A stretch of DNA of 18,605 bases from Octopus sinensis (GCF_006345805.1 NW_021824404.1:1-18605), one strand, 5' to 3'; positions 1 to 7,980 are shown, counted from the first letter of the stretch. The notes: generated by a model from the letters alone, not told the origin. Made by a program: numbers and translations.

Positions 1-104
1 GTGTGAAGAGACAGAGTAATGTGTGAAAGAGAGAGATAACTGGAATTTTTTACTCGGTGTATGTGTATATGTATGTATGCATGTATATGTGTATATGTAT
101 GTAT

Positions 105-381
105 ATTACTTCAAAAGTTCCCGCAAGCCCATTTGTAAAAAAAAAATTTTTTTACGGAAATCGACGGAAAGGTCTACTAGAGACGAAAGATCGCCAAATA
201 AAGTTAAGAACGGAGATCGATTATATCGACCCACCCCGTTCCATCAAAATTACTGGCTTTGGGCCTAAATTGGATATTAGATCGCCTTTTGGGCAATCTT
301 TCGTCTCTAGTTGACCTTTCCGTCGATTTCCGTAAAATTTTTTTTTTTTACATATGGGCTTGCAGGAACTTTTGAAGTAAT
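105..381. mobile_element. Foldback/MITE-like element with ~94-bp terminal inverted repeats
   Basis: 105-198 (ATTACTTCAAAAGTTCCCGCAAGCCCAT...GAGACGAAAGATCGCCAAA) is the reverse complement of 287-381 with a few mismatches and indels; ~88-bp non-coding spacer; no clear TSD. Confidence 0.85.
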
Positions 382-1029
382 GAGAGCGAAAGAGACTAAG
401 AGAAAGCGATTGTATGACGAGGGAAGTTCTTTTGAAGTTACCGTGCATGGGAAGCATTGATGTACATGTGTGTGTGTGTGTGTGTGTGTTTTAAGTTGAT
501 GTTCGACCGAGGTTACCTTTCCGTTGAGGTCGATAAAATAAAATGCTAATCTCGTACTATGATCGGTTTAACCGGCAAACCCCTTTCAAGCATAATTTCT
601 GGCCGTGTTTCTCAATTACAAAGCATTATATTAAGGGCAATGGCGTTTAGTTCAAAAAGGCTAATGATCAGAAACCTTCCAGGCGTGACTATCCCTTCTG
701 TCTTGGAACTACCTCTAGCAATAGGTGGGGAAGTTAACCATGTAACAGACTAGCGTCCTATCCAGGGTGAATAGGGAGTATTGTACCTTGGTCACTTATA
801 CTCATGAAAATAGGGGTGACCTGCTCTCTCAGGAGCTTGAGGGTTTTGCTAGACATAAGAAGGTGTTCCAACCATGGCCATCCTGTCTTTTGTTCTGATA
901 TCATGTGTCTAGGACTATATTTATCTAATGTGTCTTTACTGTTTCTAGATATTGTGTGATTTGTGAGAGATTTGGCTGTTATTTCTAGCAAAAGCAATGA
1001 ATTCTTAGTGTCATCTTCAATGAGTTTTG

Positions 1030-1319
1030 CATGTATGTGTGTGTGTGCTTATGTGTGTGTGCTTGTGTGTGTGTGTGTGTCTGTGTGCTTATGTGTGTGT
1101 GTATGTGTGCTTAGGTGTATGTGTGTGTGCTTGTGTGTCTGTGTGCTTACGTGTGTGTGTGTGCGTGTGCACATGCACACTTGCATGTGTGTGTGTGTGG
1201 ATGCACTTGTGCATGTGCGAGAGTGTGTATGTGCATGTGTGTGCTTATGTGTGTGTGTGCGTGTGTGTGCTTATGTGTGTGCTTATGTATATGTGTCTGT
1301 GTGTGTTTGTGTGTGTGTG
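1030..1319. repeat. Degenerate (TG)n microsatellite
   Basis: TG dinucleotide array with recurring GCTTAT/GCAT interruptions; explains the VC-repeat ORFs. Confidence 0.95.
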
Positions 1320-1691
1320 AAATACTGTTTAGCCCCAGGTCAGTCCTGTTCCAGCAGACCTGTGATCAAAGGTGTTTCTTCGGTTGTAACCATCCTATCG
1401 TTTATTCAGCCACAGTGTACCTTGGACTACATTACCAAATGTATCCTTCCATGTTGTTGTTTGACACCAGATCAATCCTGATTATGTAGACTTATGATCA
1501 AAGACGTTCCAGTTCTGACCATGCTGCCTTTTATTCAAACGTAGTGTATCTAGGGCATGTGTGTTTGTGTGTGTGTGTTTGCACGTGTATGTGTGTGTGT
1601 GTGTGAAAAATGCTGTTTAACCCTAGGTCACTCCTGATCCAGCAGACCTGTGATCAAAGATGCTTCCTCAGTTGTAACCATCCTCTGTGTG

Positions 1692-1726
<35 letters not shown>

Positions 1727-1772
1727 GTTTGCACGTGTATGTGTGTATGTGTGTGTGTGTGAAAAATGCTGT
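1319..1772 (+). repeat. Locally duplicated interspersed-repeat fragment interleaved with (TG)n
   Basis: AAATACTGTTTAGCCCCAGGTCA...CAGCAGACCTGTGATCAAAG...GTTGTAACCATCCT at ~1319-1396 recurs at ~1605-1684; degenerate copy at ~1460-1525; truncated start (GAAAAATGCTGT) at ~1761-1772. Confidence 0.75.
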
Positions 1773-1817
1773 GGCCATTACAAATATACATAAGTATATA
1801 TATGTATATATAGTGAA

Positions 1818-2156
1818 GGCGCATGGCTCAGTGGTTAGAGCGTCGAGCTTACGATCGTGAGGTTGTGAGCTCGAATCCCGGACCGGGCTGGGTGTTGTGT
1901 TCTTGAGCAAGGCACTTTATTTCACGTTGCTCCAGTTCACTCAGCTGTAGAAATGAGTTGCGACGTCACTGGTGCCAAGCTGTATCGGCCCCTTTGCCTT
2001 TCCCTTGGATAACACTGGTGGTGTGGAGAGGGGAGGCTGGTATGCATGGGCGACTGCTGGTCTTCCATAAACAACCTTGCCCGGACTTGTGTCTAGGAGG
2101 GTAACTTTCTAGGTGCAATCCCATGGTCATTCATGACCGAAGGGGGTCTTTACCCT
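1818..2156 (+). mobile_element. tRNA-derived SINE (family A), apparently full length
   Basis: GGCGC start, Pol III A box TGGCTCAGTGG (1824-1834), B-box-like AGCTCGAATCC (1868-1878), CORE-like GTGTTCTTGAGCAAGGCACTT, ends in a (TA)n tract. Confidence 0.85.
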
Positions 2157-2163
2157 TATATAT

Positions 2164-2200
<37 letters not shown>

Positions 2201-2576
2201 GGAAGCACTCCGTCGGTTACGAGGACGAGGGTTCCGGTTGATCCGAATCAACGGAACAGCCTGCTCGTGAAATTAACGTGTAAGTGGCTGAGCACTCCAC
2301 AGACACGTGTACCCTTAACGTAGTTCTCGGGGATATTCAGCGTGACACAGAGAGTGACAAGGCCGGCCCTTTGAAATACAGGTACAGGAAGTAAGAGTGA
2401 GAGAAAGTTGTGGTGAAAGAGTACAGCAGGGATCACCACCATCCCCTGCCGGAGCCTCGTGGAGCTTTTAGGTGTTTTCGCTCAATAAACACTCACAACG
2501 CCCGGTCTGGGAATCGAAACCGCGATCCTATGACCGCGAGTCCGCTGCCCTAACCACTGGACCATTGCGCCTCCAC
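2201..2576 (-). mobile_element. tRNA-derived SINE (family B), full length
   Basis: Minus strand reads GTGGAGGCGCAATGGTCCAGTGGTTAGGG (A box)...GGTTTCGATTCCC (B box) and ends at the (TA)n tract 2157-2200. Confidence 0.85.
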
Positions 2577-2791
2577 CCTTTGAAGTACAGGTACAACAGA
2601 AACAGGAAGTAAGAGTGAGAGAAAGTTGTGGTGAAAGAGTACAGCAAGGACCGCCACCACCCCCTGCCGGAGCCTCGTGGAGCTTTTAGGTGTTTTCGCT
2701 CAATAAACACTCACAACGCCCGGTCTGGGAATCGAAACCGCGATCCTATGACCGCGAGTCCGCTGCCCTAACCACTGGGCCATTGCGCCTC

Positions 2792-2794
<3 letters not shown>
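2577..2794 (-). mobile_element. Second, 3'-truncated copy of SINE B, in tandem with the full copy
   Basis: 218 bp matching 2368-2576 with 6 substitutions and one 9-bp indel by manual alignment. Confidence 0.9.
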
Positions 2795-2826
<32 letters not shown>

Positions 2827-2837
2827 ACATATACAGT

Positions 2838-3006
2838 TGGCATTTAAAAAGCACTTGGTCCAGTTGATAAGCTGGCTAGTGTTAGGAAGGGCAACCAGCC
2901 AAAACAGACAGTGAAGTCCAGTGCAGTCATCTGCCCAGCCAGACCCTGTCGAGCCGTCCAGCCCATGCCAGCATGGAGAACAAACATTAAATGATGATGA
3001 TGATGA
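2838..3006 (+). mobile_element. RTE-type 3' tail fragment ending in (GAT)n
   Basis: TGGCATTTAAAAAGCAC, TTAGGAAGGGCAACCAGCC, CCGTCCAGCCCATGCCAGCATGG and the (GAT)n tail match the 3' end of the RTE copy at ~6680-6864. Confidence 0.8.
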
Positions 3007-3064
3007 TACACACACACACATATATACATACACACACACACACATATATATATATAAATGTATA

Positions 3065-3126
<62 letters not shown>
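3007..3126. repeat. Compound (CA)/(TA)/(TATG) microsatellite
   Basis: Direct reading. Confidence 0.95.
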
Positions 3127-3182
3127 GCTTGACTTCTGGGGTACCTTGTATACAAGCTGACAGCTACCATATGTATATTCCG

Positions 3183-3265
3183 CCAAGGTTGACTTTGTCT
3201 TTCATCCTTTCAGGGTTGATAAAAGTACCAGTTAACTACTGGGGTTGATGTGAATTGAGTTAACT
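3183..3265 (+). mobile_element. SINE central-domain fragment (resembles Meta/MESC-type core)
   Basis: CCAAGGTTGACTTTGTCTTTCATCCTTTCAGGGTTGATAAAAGTACCAG...CTGGGGTTGATG; resemblance is from memory and unverified. GATAAAAGTAC...CTGGGGT also echoes the 3' module of SINE C. Confidence 0.5.
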
Positions 3266-3317
3266 ACTCCTGGCTAGGAGTATAAAAAACTGCACCCCTG
3301 TGCCAAGCTATATATAT

Positions 3318-3512
3318 ATGCTCTGTGTTTTTTGCAATTAATTTTAAATATAGCAAAGAATTTAGTAAAATAACTTGGTTATCATTCAGCTAGTTTTAGG
3401 AACATAAATTGTGACTAAGGTTTGGTGGAAGATTTTAATTCAAAACTTATGAAAACAAGACATTTGTACTACAGAGCCAGAGGCGGTTTCAGCCGGGTTG
3501 GTATCGAAAGGG
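3318..3512 (+). mobile_element. piggyBac-type MITE, left end missing
   Basis: Matches 3564-3757; ends TGGTATCGAAAGGG followed by TTAA (3513-3516); left ~27 bp replaced by (TA)n. Confidence 0.8.
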
Positions 3513-3536
3513 TTAAAAATATCATGGTGACTTTAA

Positions 3537-3757
3537 CCCTTTTGTTACCATATTTCTGTTGAGATGCTCTGTGTTTCTCTCAATTATGTTAAATATAACA
3601 AATAATTTAGTAAAATAACTTTGTTGTCATTAAGCTAGTGTTAGGAACATAAATTGTGACTAAGGTTTGGTGGAAGATTTTAATTCAAAACTTATGAAAA
3701 CAAGACATTTGTACTATAGAGCCAGAGATGGTTTCTGCCGGGTTGGTAATAAAAGGG
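3537..3757 (+). mobile_element. piggyBac-type non-autonomous MITE (221 bp), intact
   Basis: TTAA on both sides (3533-3536, 3758-3761); TIRs CCCTTTTGTTACCA / TGGTAATAAAAGGG (13/14 match). TTAA target and CCC...GGG ends are established piggyBac hallmarks. Confidence 0.85.
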
Positions 3758-4026
3758 TTAATTTTCTTCCAACTGTTTGATGTATTTCAAATTTTCAGCA
3801 GATTTTTTTTTCAAATTTTCTACAATGATGTAACTCGGTTGTAGTTGATTTTGAGATAAAAAAAAAAATCAAGGAATGAATGTAATTTTCAACATCAGTA
3901 TGCAAAGACTAAATTTGTTTGAAAATAACCTGGTAAAAATTTGATAAACATTTTAATAGTTGAAAGAGATTTCACAAGATCTGGAAAACTGGCTCAGCAG
4001 AAACCATTCCATGTCAGACAAGTGCG

Positions 4027-4143
4027 TTGTGTGTGTGTGTGTGTGTGTGTGTGCATGTGTACATGTGCATGTCTGTGTGTGTATGTGTGCGTGTTTATGT
4101 GTGTGCGTGTGCATGTCTGTGTGCATGTCTGTGTGTGTATTTG

Positions 4144-4177
<34 letters not shown>

Positions 4178-4279
4178 CATGTGTGTATGTGTGTGTGCAT
4201 ATGTGTATTTGTGTGTGATTGTGTGTGTGGGGGGGTGCATGTGTGCGTGTGTGTGCATGAGTGTGTGTCTGTGTTTGTA

Positions 4280-4310
<31 letters not shown>

Positions 4311-4547
4311 ATGTGTTTGTTCGTGTGTTTGTGTGTATGTGTGCATGTGTGTGTATGTGTGTGTGCATATGTGTATTTGTGTGTGTGTGGGGGGGGTTTC
4401 ATGTCTGTGTGTGTGTATGTGTGTGTGTTTGTGCATGAGTGTGTGTATGAGTGTGTGTCTGTGTTTGTGTGTGTGTGTGTGTGCATATGTGTATGTGTTC
4501 GTGTGTATGTGTGTGTGTGTGCATGCATGTGCACATATGTGTGTGTT

Positions 4548-4580
<33 letters not shown>

Positions 4581-4600
4581 GTGCACGCATGCACGTGTGT
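4027..4600. repeat. Long degenerate (TG)n microsatellite with internal higher-order duplication
   Basis: Blocks such as GTGCATATGTGTATTTGTG, a G run and GAGTGTGTGTCTGTGTTTGT recur at ~160-190-bp spacing. Confidence 0.95.
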
Positions 4601-4937
4601 TTTTGATGTGAAACTAAGTTGTAACTGATACTGTTGTACTTTTGGTGGAGCGCTCTGCCAAATAAGACACACACGCTGGTTGTATTACACTACTGTTTTA
4701 TTATGGATTAGCGAATTAATTAGTCGACTACTAATTGATTTGTCAAATGACTAATTAATGGGTTTACGAAAGTGCTTACATTACAACTCTTTTACTTCAT
4801 TGCTGACGTATCACTCATGCACTTAATTTCAAATTACATCTTAATTCTGTGAGTTTTATTATTCTAATGACACTTCAAAAGCAGAACTATACGTGTGTAT
4901 GTGTATGTGTATGTGTGTGTGTGTGGCTGTATGGATA

Positions 4938-5348
4938 TACTCTTTTTTACTCTTTTACTTGTCTCAGTCATTTGACTGCGACCATGCTGGAGCACCACCT
5001 GTAGCCGAAGAAATCGACCCCGGGTCTTATTCTTTCAAAGCCCAGTACTTATTCTATCGGTCTCTTTTTACTGAACTGCTAAGTTACGGGGACGTAAACA
5101 CACCAGCATCGGTTGTCAAGCAATGTTGGAGGGACAAACACAGACACACAAACATATACACACACACACATATGTATGTATATTCGACAGGCTTCTTTCA
5201 GTTTCCATCTACCAAATCCACTCACAAGGATCTGGTCTGCCCGAGGCTATAGTAGAAAACACTTGCCCAAGGTGTCATGCAGTGGGACTGAACCCAGAAC
5301 CATGTGGCTGGTAAGCAAGCTACTTACCACACAGCCACTCCTGCGCCT
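4938..5348 (-). mobile_element. tRNA-derived SINE (family C), full length, with internal microsatellite
   Basis: Minus strand: AGGCGCAGGAGTGGCTGTGTGG (A box), GGTTCAGTCC (B box), CORE-like CCTTGGGCAAGTG, internal TA/TG tract, 3' module, (AAAAGAGT)n tail. Confidence 0.9.
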
Positions 5349-5365
5349 ATATATATATATATATA

Positions 5366-5655
5366 ATGATCATCATCATTTGACATGCTGGCATGGGTTG
5401 GATGGTTTGACCAGGCTGGCACACTGGGGGACTGCACCAGACTCCAGTCTGATTTGGTATGGTTTTCTACTGTTGGATGCCTTTCCTAATGCCAACCCCT
5501 TTACCGAGTGTAATGAGTGCCTTCACATGCCACTGGCACGAGTGCCATTTGCATGACACCAGGGTGCGTTTACGTACCACCAGCACAGAAGCCAATGTGT
5601 GTGACACTGCTATCTGCCACAACTGCGATTTTGCTCATCTTGATGGGGCCTTATA
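5366..5655 (-). mobile_element. RTE-type 3' fragment
   Basis: Reverse complement contains GGCATGTGAAGGCAC, GTTGGCATTAGGAAAGGCATCC, CCAACCCATGCCAGCATG and a GAT tail, as in the RTE copy at 5744-6864. Confidence 0.75.
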
Positions 5656-5743
5656 GTCCTTTATTTCAAAACATTCTGTTTGTTTAAATGTTTATTGCTC
5701 ATTTATACTGAGCTAATGTGTATTTTCTCATGTGCAAGCATAT

Positions 5744-6253
5744 ATAAGAATAGCTTGGGCAAAGTTCAGAGAGCTCTTACCTCTGCTGGTGACAAAAGGC
5801 CTCTCGCACAGAGTGAAAGGCAGACTGTATGATGCGTGTGTACGAACAGCCATGCTACATGGCAGTGAAACATGGGCCGTGACTGCTGAGGATATGCGTA
5901 AGCTCGCTAGAAATGAAGCCAGTATGCTCCGATGGATGTGTAATGCCGGTACTCACACTCGGCAGAGTGTAAATACCTTGAGAGAAAAGCTGGACCTAAG
6001 AAGCATCAGTTGTGGTGTGCAAGAGAGACGTTTGCGCTGGTATGGTCATGTGGCGAGAATGGATGAAGATAGTTGTGTGAAAAAGTGCCACACCCTAGCG
6101 GTTGGGGGAACCTGTGGAAGAGGCAGACCCAGGAAAACCTGGGACGAGGTGGTGAAGCACGACCTTCGAACTTTAGGTCTCACTGAGGAAATGACTAGAG
6201 ACCGAGACATCTGGAAGTGTGCTGTGCGCGAGAAGACCCGGCAGGACAAGTGA
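5744..6253 (+). pseudogene. C-terminal post-RT region of an RTE-clade LINE ORF (fragment; no RT or endonuclease domain present)
   Basis: IRIAWAKFRELLPLL...LHGSETW...RRLRWYGHVARM...GRGRPRKTW...DRDIWK, uninterrupted to TGA 6251-6253; the GTG start at 5732 lies in flanking DNA. Confidence 0.9.
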
Positions 6254-6864
6254 GTCCATAACCCGTGGCCTTCTACATGGGATGGAGCCAGCCTACGTAT
6301 GCATACCTTCCCTTCTTGGGACACAAAACTCTACTTGTGAAGACGTGATGAGGCAAGTGAGGATCAGAATCGAAATCGATCAATGGAAATTGCGGATGTG
6401 CTACCAGTGCCGGTGGCATGTCAAAACTCTGCTTGTGAAGACCCGTTGAGGCAAGTGACGATCAGAATCGAAATCAATCAATGGAAATCGATCAATGGAA
6501 ATTGCAGATGTGTTACCAGTGCCGGTGGCATGTAAGAGAACTTTCCGTTTCGCGACCGTTGCCAGCACCGCCCCGTTTCGTGTCCGTTGCCAGCCACGCC
6601 TGGCCCTCGTGCCGGTGGCACATAAAAAGCACCATCCGTTCGTGGCCGTTTGCCAGCTCTGTCTGGCACCAGTGCGGTGGCACGTAAAAAGCACCCACTA
6701 CACTCACGGAGTGGTTGGCGTTAGGAAGGGCATCCAGCCGTAGAAACACTGCCAGATTTGACTGGGCCTGATGAAGCCTTCTGGCTTCACAGACCCCAGT
6801 AGAACCGTCCAACCCATGCTAGCATGGAAAACGGACGCTAAACGATGATGATGATGATGATGAT
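5744..6864 (+). mobile_element. 5'-truncated RTE-clade LINE: ORF C-terminal remnant, 3' UTR and (GAT)7 tail
   Basis: Protein remnant with RTE-type motifs, UTR 6254-6843, (GAT)7 at 6844-6864; possible low-complexity TSD ATATATA (5740-5746 / 6863-6869). Confidence 0.93.
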
Positions 6865-6885
6865 ATATATTTATTATATAGAAGG

Positions 6886-6935
6886 AGCTCTACAGGACTA
6901 GAACTGTTTCATTCAAGAGAAATCATCAGGAAGCT
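6886..6935 (-). ncRNA. Mirror-image type I hammerhead candidate on the minus strand
   Basis: Same fold via the palindrome; predicted cut after 6891; the 3' strand of stem I lacks one A (GAGCT), so stem I is weakened. Confidence 0.6.
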
Positions 6936-6982
6936 TCCTGATGATTTCTCTTGAATGAAACAGTTCTAGTCCTGTAGAAGCT
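6932..6982 (+). ncRNA. Candidate type I hammerhead ribozyme
   Basis: Stem I AGCTTC/GAAGCT; core CTGATGA 6938-6944; stem II TTC-(TCTT)-GAA closed by a T.T mismatch; GAAA 6957-6960; stem III ACAG/CTGT with loop TTCTAGTC; GUA triplet, predicted cut after 6976. Confidence 0.7.
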
Positions 6983-7065
6983 CCTTCTATATAATAAATT
7001 AATTTTACTCTGCTATGTATTGAGTACCTTATTTACTGTGGTTAACCCCGAATCAACCCGGGACC

Positions 7066-7107
<42 letters not shown>

Positions 7108-7182
7108 TAATTGCCATGTTGATTCGCTAGCCTCTGCACGCATTTTTTTTCTCTCCTTCTTTCTGTGTTTCTTTTCTGTGTA

Positions 7183-7220
7183 TCTTTCTGTTGAAGAGCG
7201 TAGACTCGAAACGTAAAAGA
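7183..7220 (+). ncRNA. Candidate minimal (Penelope-type) type I hammerhead with variant core
   Basis: TCTTT-CTGTTGA-A-GAG(CGTAGA)CTC-GAAA-CGT-A-AAAGA: 5-bp stem I, 3-bp stem II, loopless self-complementary ACGT in place of stem III, GUA triplet; core position A6 is T. Confidence 0.55.
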
Positions 7221-7317
7221 CTTGTTTTATTTATATTCCTGAGCGCCATACTAATACAATTGTTTGTTTGTATTCCACCTGCCTTCGTCTTTTGTCTATT
7301 TTCATAAAGCTTCCCGT

Positions 7318-7348
<31 letters not shown>

Positions 7349-7474
7349 ATATATATGTATGTTTATCTATGTATCTATGCGTATATTTACATTTATGTAT
7401 ATATGTGTGTGTATGTATGTATGTGTATGCAAGTATGCATAAGCTTATGTATATGTGTGTGCATATATATATAG

Positions 7475-7880
7475 GAGCAATCTCAACCGTGTTTCGTGGT
7501 CTGCTATCATAACAGCTCCTTTATAGGATCCAGTTAGCTCAAGACTTCATCAGGTGGAACCACGTCTGGTTTTGGCCCCTACTCCTCTACCGTTTTGATG
7601 TGGCGGGGCCCCACCTTTCGGAGGTGTCTTCAGCTCTGGTGTTAGGTGGTTCAGTCCCACTGCTTAGCACCCTAGGCAAGCATCTTCTACTTTATCCCCA
7701 GATTGGTGAAGTTGGTAGATGGAAACTAAAAGAATCCTCTCATATATATACTGAGGAATTTCAACCGTGTTTCGTGGTCTGCTACCACAACAGCTCCTTT
7801 ATAGGATCCAGTTAGCTCAAGACTTCATCAGGTGGAACCACGTCCGGTTTCGGCCCCTACTCATCTACCGTTTTGACGTG
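7475..7880 (-). repeat. Two 128-bp direct repeats (7475-7602, 7753-7880; period 278) with hammerhead-like core blocks
   Basis: 6 mismatches over the 120-bp cores (7483-7602 / 7761-7880); minus strand has CTGATGA (7547-7553; 7825-7831) and GAAAC. Confidence 0.9.
7646..7750 (+). mobile_element. Degenerate SINE C head fragment in the spacer between the direct repeats
   Basis: GGTTCAGTCCCACTGC...AGGCAAGCATCTTCTACT...TTGGTAGATGGAAACT matches the SINE C head. Confidence 0.75.
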
Positions 7881-7980
7881 ATATATAATTGAAAAAACTT
7901 ATGGATACAATGTGTTTACATATCACCTGAGGAAACAACTAGATCTTGTAATGCAGGGAAACAGTTACATACTCAAGTAC

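Larger units (their letters stand above)
6869..6999. repeat. 131-bp spacer-less palindrome, probable Penelope-like (PLE) terminal fragment in inverted arrangement
   Basis: Arms 6869-6933 (65 bp) and 6934-6999 (66 bp) are exact reverse complements except one indel; centre AAG|CTT. The PLE assignment is inference from the hammerhead content and inverted geometry. Confidence 0.9.

Noticed and set aside
1818-1890. tRNA-like sequences here and at the other SINE heads
   Set aside because: A and B boxes are present but the anticodon and acceptor stems do not pair properly, and each continues into a SINE body; these are not tRNA genes.
963-4674. Long ORFs of VC/CV/HT/TH repeats (up to 239 aa)
   Set aside because: Translations of (TG)n/(CA)n microsatellites, open in several frames on both strands.
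6046-6812. Overlapping ORFs in and antisense to the RTE 3' region
   Set aside because: By-products of GC-richer LINE sequence and UTR duplications; no protein motifs.
5740-6869. ATATATA as the TSD of the RTE insertion
   Set aside because: Low complexity and overlapping both element ends; cannot be told from chance in TA-rich DNA.
7610-7633. CTGAAGA on the minus strand next to a CACCT/AGGTG hairpin
   Set aside because: No GAAA follows the stem and no helix I/III or NUH site can be built.
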